DNA from: Patescibacteria group bacterium | GTDB taxonomy: Bacteria; Patescibacteriota; Patescibacteriia; 2-01-FULL-39-33 | DNA length: 64,000 bases | Direction of reading: 5' to 3' | Assembly: GCA_041649575.1 (NCBI GenBank) | Contig: JBAZMW010000001.1 | Span: forward strand, 23,944 to 87,943 | Shown: one piece after another, positions 37,920-46,292 of the stretch | Position numbering within the stretch: position 1 is the first letter of the stretch | Layout: each line of letters opens with the position of its first letter | Position numbers and translations under genes: made by a program | The notes under the pieces: model-generated | Databases searched by the model: none | The model's input: the letters and a program-made list of their open reading frames with translations, nothing else | Told to the model about the DNA's origin: nothing

Positions 37920-38366
37920 ATGGAACAAATAGTAGTACCACAATTTTTAGACGTCGAAGACAAGATTATCGGTCCGATAACCGTGCGTCAGTTTATCGAA
38001 ATGATGATTGGCGGTTTGCTTTGCTTCATCTTTTATAAACTGTTTGATTTTTCACTTTTTGCTGTGGCTTCGCTCTTGGTGATTCTGGTCACTCTGGTCA
38101 TCGCTTTTGTCAAAATAAACGGCCAACCCTTTCATTATTTTTTGTTGAATTTTTTTGGCACCGTCAAAAATCCCAAATTGAAAGTTTGGCGCAAAGACGT
38201 GACGCTGGCCGATATCAGGGCGCTAGAGGCCAAACAGCCGGTGACCAAGCCGCCAACGGTGGCGGGAACAAGGCAGATACTCACCACTTCCAAAATATCG
38301 GAGCTGTCTTTGATTGTTGATACCGGCGGTGTCTATCGCGGCGAGGAAAAGCTAGCTATTAAATAA
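37920..38366 (+). CDS. PrgI-family (VirB3-like) small membrane protein
   Basis: 'VPQFLDVEDKIIGPITVRQFIEMMIGGLLCFIFY' matches the PrgI-family N-terminal motif (VP.d..vkdkiffGLT.RQf). It is followed by two TM helices. It sits immediately upstream of the VirB4-family ATPase, as in Gram-positive T4SS operons. Confidence 0.55.
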   Translation: MEQIVVPQFLDVEDKIIGPITVRQFIEMMIGGLLCFIFYKLFDFSLFAVASLLVILVTLVIAFVKINGQPFHYFLLNFFGTVKNPKLKVWRKDVTLADIRALEAKQPVTKPPTVAGTRQILTTSKISELSLIVDTGGVYRGEEKLAIK

Positions 38367-38379
38367 TTTATTTAGTTTT

Positions 38380-39063
38380 ATGGCTTCAAGAGTAGCTAAT
38401 AAAAAAACCCCAGCCACCCAAAGGCATCTACATATTGTAGAAGTCAGAGACGATTGCGTGGTAATGAAAGACGGCAGCTTAAGAGCCGTACTGCTGGTGT
38501 CGAGTATAAATTTTGCCCTGAAGTCAGAGGACGAGCAAAATGCCATCGTGGCCGGTTATATGTCGTTTTTGAACTCTTTGGATTTTCCAATTCAGATGGT
38601 GGTGCAGTCCCGGCAACTTGATTTGGATGAATATCTGGCGGAAATAAAAAATGCCGAAGACAACCAGACCAATGAGCTGCTAAAGTTGCAAACAGCGGAA
38701 TATCGCCAATATATCACGGAACTGGTTTCGCTGGGCGATATTATGACCAAAAGATTTTTTGTGATCATACCTTATGACCCTCTGTCCAACAAAAAACGGA
38801 CTTTTTGGCAGAGAACGACCGACGTTTTGTCGCCAACCAGCATTATTAATTTGAAAGAGAAGCAATTTATCAAACGAAGAGAGGATTTGTTGTTGAGGAT
38901 CGACAAGGTGATTTCCGGATTGTCCAGTATGGGACTAAGAGCGTCGCTATTAAATACCCAGTCACTAATAGAGTTGTACTACAGCACCTACAATCCGACG
39001 ATTTCCAGAAGCGAGAAAATGGTTGATACTAATAAATTAAGAATCGAAGAAAATTTTTTATAA
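38380..39063 (+). CDS. VirB4-family N-terminal region (separated from the ATPase ORF by a single in-frame TAA)
   Basis: 'DGSLRAVLLVSSINFALKSEDEQNAIVAGYMSFLNSLDFPIQMVVQS' resembles the extreme N-terminal segment of Gram-positive VirB4/TraE/PrgJ homologues. It is in the same reading frame as ORF 39067; the stop at 39061-63 is followed by the ATG at 39067. Confidence 0.5.
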   Translation: MASRVANKKTPATQRHLHIVEVRDDCVVMKDGSLRAVLLVSSINFALKSEDEQNAIVAGYMSFLNSLDFPIQMVVQSRQLDLDEYLAEIKNAEDNQTNELLKLQTAEYRQYITELVSLGDIMTKRFFVIIPYDPLSNKKRTFWQRTTDVLSPTSIINLKEKQFIKRREDLLLRIDKVISGLSSMGLRASLLNTQSLIELYYSTYNPTISRSEKMVDTNKLRIEENFL

Positions 39064-39066
39064 AAT

Positions 39067-40971
39067 ATGTTTGACCCGAAAGACTTAGACAAAAAAAACG
39101 ATTTAATTACTCCAACTGTCGAACCGGAGATAAAATTAAGTGCGGAGCAGTTAAACCGGCAAGAAGCGCAGGAGCTGGGAAAAACCAAAGAAAGCCTGGA
39201 AGAAGAGATTGTCTATCGCCGCGGGGCGATGACCATTCGTGACTTGGTGGCGCCGGCGGCTTTGGAGGTGGAAAGCTCTTTTGTCAGATTGGGCGAATAC
39301 TATGTCACGACGATTTTTGTCGTGCAGCTGCCGCGCTATATTAATGTTGGCTGGTTTGCGCCGGTGATAAACCTGGATATTACCGCCGATATGGCGCTGT
39401 ATTTTTACCCGGTTAAATCAGCGGTTATTTTGAAGCAATTAAAAAAGAAAGTCGGTAATGTCGAGGCGGGACTGATCGCCGACGCGGAAAAAGGCGCTCC
39501 GCGCGATCCTTTAAGGGAGACGGCTTTAAGGGATATGGAAAGACTGCGCGACGAACTGACCCAAGGCACGGAACATTTCTTTCAGACCGGCACTTATATA
39601 ACAATTTACGCCAAGAGTTTGGAAGAGCTCGACAAAATCACGGAACGGGTGGAAAACATTTTTGGCTCAACCCTGGTTTTTTCCAAACGGGTTTTTTATC
39701 AAGCCGAACAGGGGTTCAACTCAACCATGCCTTTTGCTTTCGATGAATTGCAGGTTTTGGTAAATATCAACACTTCGCCGGCCGCCAGCTCTTTTCCTTT
39801 TGTTTCTTCGGATTTGACTTCCGATCGCGGCGTGCTTTTTGGCATTAATCGCCACAACAATAGCTTGATTTTATTCGATCGGTTTTCTTTGCAGAATGCC
39901 AACATGGTGGTGTTTGCCACCTCTGGCGCTGGCAAATCCTACGCCATCAAGCTGGAGGTTTTGCGCAGTTTGATGTTTGGCACCGACATTATTATTATCG
40001 ACCCGGAAAGAGAATACAGTCACTTATGCGATGCGGTGGGCGGGACTTATATTGACATTTCTTTGAACTCGGAAAGCAAGATTAATCCTTTCGATTTGCC
40101 TCGGGCGATTGGCGAGGACGCGAGGCCAGCCGATATTATCAGGAGCGCAGTGATTACGGTAAAAGGATTAATTAGATTAATGATCGGCGACATTGACACC
40201 GAGGAAGACTCCATCATTGACCGAGCGCTGCTGGAAACTTATGCCAAGAAAGACATCACTCCCGATGTTGATTTGACACAAATTGAGCCGCCGATTTTGT
40301 CGGACTTACAGGAAGTTTTGGAAGGCATGGAGGGAGCGGAAAAAATCTCGATCCGGTTAAAGAAATATACGGAAGGCACTTTCGCCGGCTTGTTGAACAA
40401 TCCAACCAACGTGGAAACCAATAATCAACTGGTGGTTTTCAGCGTCCGTGATTTGGAAGACGAATTAAAGCCCATGGCTATCTATACGATTATCAATTAT
40501 ATTTGGAATATCGTCAGAAGCCAGATGAAGAAAAGGATTATGATTGTCGACGAGGCCTGGTGGCTGATGCAGCGCGAGGATAGCGCCAAGTTTATTTTTG
40601 CTCTGGTAAAACGGTGCCGTAAATATTACCTGGGCGTGACCACCATTACCCAAGATGTTAACGATTTTTTGACTTCTCCTTACGGTCAGGCAATTGTCAA
40701 TAATTGTTCGCTGCAGCTGTTAATGAAGCAGACGCCGGCAGCCATTAATTTGGTGCAAAAAACCTTCATGTTGACCGAAGGAGAAAAATATTTGCTTTTG
40801 GAGTGTGGCGTGGGCGAGGGTATATTTTTTGCCGGCGCCAAGCACGCTGCCATAAAAACGGTCGCTTCCTATTCCGAAGATCAATTAATAACCTCTGATC
40901 CGCGCCAGCTGCTAGAAATCGAACAAGCCAAAAAGGAATTTGAGGAATCACTTGCTGCCGGGCAAGTCTAG
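39067..40971 (+). CDS. VirB4/TraC/PrgJ-family type IV secretion ATPase
   Basis: Walker A is 'VVFATSGAGKSYAIK', the Walker B-like motif is 'IMIVDEAWWLMQ', and there is the typical 'YYVTTIFVVQLPRYINVGWFAPVINLDITADMALYFYPV' N-domain. Confidence 0.75.
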   Translation: MFDPKDLDKKNDLITPTVEPEIKLSAEQLNRQEAQELGKTKESLEEEIVYRRGAMTIRDLVAPAALEVESSFVRLGEYYVTTIFVVQLPRYINVGWFAPVINLDITADMALYFYPVKSAVILKQLKKKVGNVEAGLIADAEKGAPRDPLRETALRDMERLRDELTQGTEHFFQTGTYITIYAKSLEELDKITERVENIFGSTLVFSKRVFYQAEQGFNSTMPFAFDELQVLVNINTSPAASSFPFVSSDLTSDRGVLFGINRHNNSLILFDRFSLQNANMVVFATSGAGKSYAIKLEVLRSLMFGTDIIIIDPEREYSHLCDAVGGTYIDISLNSESKINPFDLPRAIGEDARPADIIRSAVITVKGLIRLMIGDIDTEEDSIIDRALLETYAKKDITPDVDLTQIEPPILSDLQEVLEGMEGAEKISIRLKKYTEGTFAGLLNNPTNVETNNQLVVFSVRDLEDELKPMAIYTIINYIWNIVRSQMKKRIMIVDEAWWLMQREDSAKFIFALVKRCRKYYLGVTTITQDVNDFLTSPYGQAIVNNCSLQLLMKQTPAAINLVQKTFMLTEGEKYLLLECGVGEGIFFAGAKHAAIKTVASYSEDQLITSDPRQLLEIEQAKKEFEESLAAGQV

Positions 40972-40998
40972 CTTTTAACTTTTTAAATTAATAATTTT

Positions 40999-41568
40999 AT
41001 GGACAACAAAAGAAGAATAGTCATAGTCGTTTTGGCAATAGTAGTGTTGATAATTCTAGTGATAATCTGTTGGTGGATTTTGAAAAATAATTTTGGTCGC
41101 CAGGGCACAGTCAACTTGAATACCAATGTTAACAGGCCGTTGACCGAGAGAATCCAACAATTGCCGCCGCCGACCGCCGAAGAAATAGCCGAGGAAAAAA
41201 AATACCCCCTAGGCATGAAGCAACTGGCCTATTCTTTTGCCGAAAGATTTGGTAGCTATTCCAACTTGACAGTCAACAAAAATCTAAACGACTTGAGAGG
41301 TCTGATGACCGTTAAGATGCAAGCAGAAACCGATAAAGTGATTGACCAGACCTTTACGGCGCCAGCCAGTTATGATGGTTATGATACCAGGGCCTTAGAG
41401 AGCGAACTTTTGTATCTAAAAGACAATGAAGCCAGTATTTTAATTAAAACGCAAAGATCTCACTATTTAGAAAAGGAAAGTCAGCCAGAAGTTTATTATC
41501 AAAATTTACAGCTTAAAATGGTAAAAGTGGGCGAAGAATGGAAGATTGACGAGGCCAAGTGGCAGTAG
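40999..41568 (+). CDS. bitopic membrane protein, possibly VirB8-like (N-terminal TM plus ~140-aa periplasmic/extracellular domain)
   Basis: The single TM is 'IVIVVLAIVVLIILVIICWWIL' and the soluble domain is of NTF2-like size. The position directly after VirB4 matches PrgL/VirB8 placement. The call rests on topology only. Confidence 0.3.
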   Translation: MDNKRRIVIVVLAIVVLIILVIICWWILKNNFGRQGTVNLNTNVNRPLTERIQQLPPPTAEEIAEEKKYPLGMKQLAYSFAERFGSYSNLTVNKNLNDLRGLMTVKMQAETDKVIDQTFTAPASYDGYDTRALESELLYLKDNEASILIKTQRSHYLEKESQPEVYYQNLQLKMVKVGEEWKIDEAKWQ

Positions 41569-41598
41569 GGAGCTCTTTTAAATTTAAGAAGAAATTTA

Positions 41599-42273
41599 AT
41601 GTTTGAAGATATTGGGCAGATAAAGGGTTGGCTGGAGGATTTGTTGTTTCCCAAGAGTTGTGTTAATTGCCGACAGGAGAAGAGCTGGCTTTGCGGTGAA
41701 TGTACAAAATTATTAAAGGCCGTTGCGATGAATTTGGGCTCTCATGTTTTTGACAGCGGTAATCATTTAGAAAAATTATGGGCTTTGACCGATTATAACG
41801 ATCTGCTGGCGCAAAAAGTGATTCAGGCCATTAAATATAATTTTATTAAAGAGTTGGTTTGTAGCTTCGACAGTCTGATTGTGGAAATGGAAAAGATAAT
41901 ACCCGCCTGGTCTAGGGAATTCGTTTTATTGCCGGTTCCTCTGCACCAGAAACGTCTCTCCTATCGAGGATTTAATCAAGCGGAATTAATCAGCGAGAGA
42001 ATAAGCCGGCTACTAGGCAACCCTTTAGGCGACAAAATTTTAAAGAGAAAAATTTATACCAGGCCACAGGTTGGTCTAAGCCAAGCGAAGCGCCGGGAAA
42101 ATATCAAAGGAAGTTTTTTATTGGATAATAAAGTCGAGTGGCGCTTCCCTAGAAATAATGTGGTTTTGATTGACGATGTCTACACGACCGGAGCGACAAT
42201 GGGGGAGTGTGCCGAAGTTTTACAAAAGGCAGGATTTACAAACATCAAAGGACTGGTAATAGCTCATGGTTGA
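41599..42273 (+). CDS. comFC: ComF family protein (ComFC-type phosphoribosyltransferase-domain competence protein)
   Basis: N-terminal Zn-finger 'CVNCRQEKSWLCGECTKLL' and C-terminal PRTase motif 'VVLIDDVYTTGATMGECAEVL'. Confidence 0.7.
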   Translation: MFEDIGQIKGWLEDLLFPKSCVNCRQEKSWLCGECTKLLKAVAMNLGSHVFDSGNHLEKLWALTDYNDLLAQKVIQAIKYNFIKELVCSFDSLIVEMEKIIPAWSREFVLLPVPLHQKRLSYRGFNQAELISERISRLLGNPLGDKILKRKIYTRPQVGLSQAKRRENIKGSFLLDNKVEWRFPRNNVVLIDDVYTTGATMGECAEVLQKAGFTNIKGLVIAHG

Positions 42274-42447
42274 AGAGTTTGATATTTTTTGGGTAAATCA
42301 AAAAATTATTGTAAAGTTTATGAAATAAGACGTGGCAGTTGATTGGGTTTACAAATTTTCGTTTTTGTGTTAAAGTTTGGGGTAAAAGATAAGAAAAAGT
42401 AAAAAAAAGAGATGGCTGATTTTAAAATCGTCTGTTAGGACGAGTCT

Positions 42448-42539
42448 GGAGAGATGGCTGAGTGGCTGAAAGCGGCGGTTTGCTAAACCGTTATACGTCC
42501 TTTTCGGGCGTATCGAGGGTTCGAATCCCTCTCTCTCCG
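42448..42539 (+). tRNA. tRNA-Ser (anticodon GCU)
   Basis: Acceptor GGAGAGA/TCTCTCC, anticodon loop TTGCTAA, long variable arm, T-loop GTTCGAATC. It folds as a canonical cloverleaf. Confidence 0.85.
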
Positions 42540-42540
42540 T

Positions 42541-42578
42541 ATCAGGAATTTAGCCATAATTATGGCTAAATTCCTGAT
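42541..42578. other. perfect 17-bp-stem hairpin immediately 3' of tRNA-Ser
   Basis: 'caggaatttagccataa tta ttatggctaaattcctg' is a perfect palindrome. It is a terminator or processing element. Confidence 0.5.
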
Positions 42579-42776
42579 AAAGAAAGTGAAGGGATGAGAA
42601 GGGCAGTAATGAGCCAAGTCCCGACTTTAGTCGGGGCGCAGGCGAGATGCCGACAATTCCGAGCTGGTGCAGGAATTGTCGCTGCCCAGGCCGCGAATCC
42701 CTCTCTCTCCGCCTTCGCCCGGCCAAAGCGGGCTTCGGCGGACAAGTCCGCAAAAAGCACCTAATTTAAATCATAG

Positions 42777-42863
42777 GGAGAGGTGGCAGAGTGGTCTAAT
42801 GCACCGGTCTTGAAAACCGGAGTCCCTTTACGGGGACCGTGGGTTCGAATCCCACCTTCTCCG
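42777..42863 (+). tRNA. tRNA-Ser (anticodon UGA)
   Basis: Acceptor GGAGAGG…CTTCTCC, anticodon loop CTTGAAA, long variable arm, T-loop GTTCGAATC. Confidence 0.85.
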
Positions 42864-42893
42864 TTTGGCAATAAATTTATAAAATTAGAAAAT

Positions 42894-43406
42894 ATGCCAG
42901 AAACATCAGAAAAACAATTAAGCGAGGTGGTTTTTTCCTGGCGGCATCCGGAATATATTAGGTATCGGAAAAATATTTGGTGGTATGTGATCTCTCTGAT
43001 CGTTCTAATATTATTATCCATTTGGGCCATCGCCCAAGGCAATTGGTTTGGCGATCAGAACTATTTATTTGTAGTTTTTTTGGTTCTTTTTTATCTGGTG
43101 GTTTTAATTTACGAATTCCGTCAGCCGGAAGAAGTCGATTTTATTATCACTCCGGATGGCGTCAAATCTGGCCGGCGTTTTTATTATTATAAAGACATTG
43201 ACAATTTTTTTGTTATTTATCAGGAACAGGGCATAAAAAATTTATATTTAGATTTTGTCAATCCGCTCCGCGGCAGATTAGTAGTGCCGCTAGACGGCCA
43301 AGACGCAGTGGCAATCAGAGAATTTTTACTGGGTTTTTTAAAAGAGGATTTAGACAGAGAAGTCGAGCCCTTGTCGGAAAGATTTCGTCGCTGGTTGAAG
43401 TTGTAA
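42894..43406 (+). CDS. hypothetical membrane protein
   Basis: The ORF track starts at 42783 inside the tRNA, which I reject. The ATG at 42894 (MPETSEKQLSEVVF…) gives a 170-aa protein with two TM helices. Confidence 0.45.
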   Translation: MPETSEKQLSEVVFSWRHPEYIRYRKNIWWYVISLIVLILLSIWAIAQGNWFGDQNYLFVVFLVLFYLVVLIYEFRQPEEVDFIITPDGVKSGRRFYYYKDIDNFFVIYQEQGIKNLYLDFVNPLRGRLVVPLDGQDAVAIREFLLGFLKEDLDREVEPLSERFRRWLKL

Positions 43407-43426
43407 TAATTTAGAAGTTAAAGTAT

Positions 43427-43500
43427 GTGCCCGTAGCTTAGCTGGATAAAGCGTCGGCTTGCGGAGCCGGAGATCAGAGGTTCAAATCCTCTCGGGCACG
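43427..43500 (+). tRNA. tRNA-Arg (anticodon read as GCG)
   Basis: Acceptor GTGCCCG/CGGGCAC, D-arm GCTT/AAGC, anticodon stem TCGGC/GCCGG with loop TTGCGGA, T-loop GTTCAAATC. It is 74 nt. Confidence 0.75.
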
Positions 43501-43514
43501 AAAGAGCATTAAGA

Positions 43515-45569
43515 ATGACTGGTTTAGAAACAAAAGTTAACCAACTCTCGGGCATTGGCAAGACCATTAGCCTAAGATTGAAAAGATTAGGAATTGAGAC
43601 CATTGGCGATCTCATTTTTTATTATCCCTTTCGTTATGATGACTTCAGCCAGCTGACAACCATTGACCAGCTAAAAAGCGGTTCGGTGACAACGGTTAAG
43701 GTAAGAATGGAGTTGCTTGCCAATCGTCGGACATTTAGAAAAAAGAAAATAATTACCGAAGGCGTAGCCAGCGACAGCACCGGTTCGATAAAAGTTATTT
43801 GGTTCAATCAACCCTGGATAGCCAAAAATATCAAAGTGGGCGAAGAGATTTATCTCTCCGGCAAAGTGGCCGGCAACCTGTTTGATATTTATCTCAATTC
43901 GCCACTTTATGAAAGAGCTGCTGCGGCCAACCTTAATACCGCCAGATTGGTGCCAATTTATTCGATCACCGAAGGAGTTTCGCAAAAGCAGTTGAGGGCT
44001 TTGGTAAAAATAGCTTTGAATTTTGTGGGGAATGTTTCAGATTTTTTGCCCGAAAAAATAGTCAAACAAGAAAGGCTATTAAGCCTGCCGCTGGCTTTGA
44101 AACAAATTCATTTCCCGGAAAACCACAAAAAACTAGCGGCGGCCAGAACCAGACTAGCCTTTGAGGAGTTATTCTTATTGCAGCTTTGGTCGCAACTGAT
44201 AAAGAAAGAGCTGGATCAGAAGACTTCCTGGCCGGTGGTTTTTCAGCGGGAAAAAATAAAGGAATTTATTGACGGTCTGGATTTTAAACTGACGACAGAC
44301 CAAAAAAAAGCTGCTTGGGAAATCATCCAGGACTTGGAGAAGAAGCGGCCGATGAATCGTCTGTTAGAAGGCGATGTCGGTTCGGGCAAGACGCTGGTAG
44401 CGGCTCTGGCCATCTTTAACACTGCTTTAAACGGCTATCAGAGCGTCTTATTGGCGCCGACAGAGATTCTGGCCCGGCAGCATTTTCAGACTTTTGATAA
44501 ATTATTTAAAAATAAAGATTTGAAAATCGGTTTATTAACCAGGAGTAATAAACTAATAAACCAAGAAGAAGTCGGTAAAAAGGAATTTTTGGCTCGTTGC
44601 CGGGCAGGAAAAATACAGATTATTATTGGGACGCACGCGGTTATCCAAAAAGAAGTGGCTTTTGCGAAGCTGGCTTTGGCAGTGATTGACGAGCAGCACC
44701 GCTTTGGTGTTGATCAGCGTCAGATTTTGAAAAAGCAGTCGGAGAAAACTCCGCATTTTTTGTCGCTGTCGGCCACCCCTATTCCGCGTTCCTTGGCTTT
44801 GATAATTTATGGCAGTCTGGATTTATCAATCATTAAACAGCTGCCGCCAGGCCGCCGGCCGGTAATTACCAAGGTAGTGGCTCCAGAAAACAGACAGTTG
44901 GCCTATGAATTTATCAGCAAAAAAATAACAGAGGGCCGGCAGGTGATGGTGATTTGTCCGTTGATTGATCCTTCAGATAAACTAGGAGTGCGTTCGGTGA
45001 CGGAAGAATTTAAAAAGCTGGACCAGGAGGTTTTTCCTCATTTACCAGTAGGGTTGTTGCACGGCAGACTGAAAGCCAGCAATAAAGAAAAGGTGATGGC
45101 CGAATTCGTGGCCGATAAAATAAAAATTCTAGTAGCCACCTCGGTAGTGGAGGTGGGAGTGGACGTGCCCAATGCCACAGTGATAATGATTGAGGGGGCA
45201 GAACGTTTTGGTCTGGCCCAGTTACATCAGTTTCGGGGACGAGTGGGGCGTGGCCGAGAACAGTCCTATTGTTTTCTTTTCAGTGCTAGCCCGGACCAAG
45301 AAACGGCCAAAAGGTTGTCGGCAGTGACGGCAACCAGTGACGGTTTTATACTGGCACAAAAAGATTTGCAACTAAGAGGCGCCGGTCAGATCTATGGCTA
45401 TCGGCAGTCTGGTTTTGACGAGCTTAAAATCGCCAATCTTGATGATTTGCCTTTAATAAAAAAAGCCCGTTTCTGGGCAGAAAAGATAATCAACGATGAC
45501 TGTTTAGATAAATACCCTTTGCTGCTTGAAAAAATCGAAGCCTTGGGGCTCACCAGTCATTTAGAATAA
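43515..45569 (+). CDS. recG: ATP-dependent DNA helicase RecG
   Basis: Wedge/OB N-domain and the helicase motifs 'GDVGSGKT', 'VIDEQHRFGV', 'SATPIPRS' and 'QLHQFRGRVGRG'. Length is 684 aa. Confidence 0.9.
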   Translation: MTGLETKVNQLSGIGKTISLRLKRLGIETIGDLIFYYPFRYDDFSQLTTIDQLKSGSVTTVKVRMELLANRRTFRKKKIITEGVASDSTGSIKVIWFNQPWIAKNIKVGEEIYLSGKVAGNLFDIYLNSPLYERAAAANLNTARLVPIYSITEGVSQKQLRALVKIALNFVGNVSDFLPEKIVKQERLLSLPLALKQIHFPENHKKLAAARTRLAFEELFLLQLWSQLIKKELDQKTSWPVVFQREKIKEFIDGLDFKLTTDQKKAAWEIIQDLEKKRPMNRLLEGDVGSGKTLVAALAIFNTALNGYQSVLLAPTEILARQHFQTFDKLFKNKDLKIGLLTRSNKLINQEEVGKKEFLARCRAGKIQIIIGTHAVIQKEVAFAKLALAVIDEQHRFGVDQRQILKKQSEKTPHFLSLSATPIPRSLALIIYGSLDLSIIKQLPPGRRPVITKVVAPENRQLAYEFISKKITEGRQVMVICPLIDPSDKLGVRSVTEEFKKLDQEVFPHLPVGLLHGRLKASNKEKVMAEFVADKIKILVATSVVEVGVDVPNATVIMIEGAERFGLAQLHQFRGRVGRGREQSYCFLFSASPDQETAKRLSAVTATSDGFILAQKDLQLRGAGQIYGYRQSGFDELKIANLDDLPLIKKARFWAEKIINDDCLDKYPLLLEKIEALGLTSHLE

Positions 45570-45584
45570 AAAAATAATCAATTA

Positions 45585-45614
45585 TTGACAAAAAATAAAC
45601 AGGGGAGTTATAAT
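45585..45614 (+). promoter_or_regulatory. consensus sigma70 promoter (TTGACA-17-TATAAT)
   Basis: TTGACA at 45585-90, a 17-nt spacer, TATAAT at 45609-14, located 16 nt after the recG stop. Confidence 0.5.
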
Positions 45615-45725
45615 AAAATCACTCGTTCTTTCGATGATTGCCTGGCGAAAGGAGGTCAACCGGCTTTAAAGGCGATTTGTGAAAGAATAACGGTAGGGTT
45701 CATACAACAGGAGGAGAATGGTGGC

Positions 45726-45938
45726 ATGGAGACACGGGTGGTAAAAGCGGTGGAGCTGGCAACAGCAACGGCGGTGGTTTGCTCTGTTCGGGGCTGCGAG
45801 AATCGGCTCAACAGAGACAGGGCTGAACTCCTGCAGAGGCATGGGCTGAATTTGACCTGTGTACACTGCCAGGAGAAGATAGAGGCCGGCGCCTCGCACT
45901 TCTTCCAGGGCGGCGAGATCGTCCTCGCGCGGACATAG
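45726..45938 (+). CDS. small GC-rich ORF encoding a putative zinc-ribbon protein (70 aa)
   Basis: 'METRVVKAVELATATAVVCSVRGCENRLNRDRAELLQRHGLNLTCVHCQEKIEAG…' carries a CxxxxC…CxxC arrangement. It is preceded by AGGAGG and has GC-rich codon usage unlike host genes. Confidence 0.3.
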   Translation: METRVVKAVELATATAVVCSVRGCENRLNRDRAELLQRHGLNLTCVHCQEKIEAGASHFFQGGEIVLART

Positions 45939-45962
45939 AGGATGGTCGAAAAGCATGCTCGT

Positions 45963-46004
45963 GACGGCTGTCGGACCGGCAAGGTTCGCGGCCGTCGTTT
46001 TTTT
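45963..46004 (+). terminator. intrinsic terminator
   Basis: 'gacggc…gccgtc' stem followed by 'gtttttttgtttt'. Confidence 0.5.
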
Positions 46005-46014
46005 GTTTTATCTC

Positions 46015-46042
46015 TTGACAGCAATCAGAAAATTGTTATAAT
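46015..46042 (+). promoter_or_regulatory. near-consensus sigma70 promoter (TTGACA-16-TATAAT)
   Basis: TTGACA at 46015-20 and TATAAT at 46037-42. Confidence 0.45.
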
Positions 46043-46130
46043 TCATCTTAAGTAGACAGTTGTTCCTTGGTCTGGTTCCTTTGGGGGAGCCAGTTGGCTG
46101 CGAGTTCAAATAGGATAGGAGTACATTGAG

Positions 46131-46292
46131 ATGAAGATGAGGCTGACACCGCCAGATAAGGAAATTATGGAGATACTGGCGGCCCACAAGGGCGGCCATA
46201 TCACGGTGACGGAGGCAAGCCAGATGCTGAAGACGAAAGTAGGCTTGCCGGCGTCCTCACGAGAGAAGGAGCACCAGGCTCTGTGCAACTAG
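46131..46292 (+). CDS. small GC-rich ORF (53 aa) with putative helix-turn-helix
   Basis: The protein is 'MKMRLTPPDKEIMEILAAHKGGHITVTEASQMLKTKVGLPASSREKEHQALCN'. The 'ILAAHKGGHITVTEASQML' stretch resembles an HTH. AGGAG lies 8 nt upstream. It is below the ORF-track size cutoff. Confidence 0.3.
   Translation: MKMRLTPPDKEIMEILAAHKGGHITVTEASQMLKTKVGLPASSREKEHQALCN

Noticed and set aside
42783-42893. N-terminal extension of ORF 42783-43406 (MAEWSNAPVLKTGVPLRGPWVRIPPSPF…)
   Set aside because: It is a read-through translation of tRNA-Ser(UGA). The real start is the ATG at 42894.
45585-45725. Long 117-aa version of the ORF at 45585-45938
   Set aside because: The 5' part coincides with the consensus promoter and SD. 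The shorter ATG at 45726 behind the AGGAGG is the plausible start.
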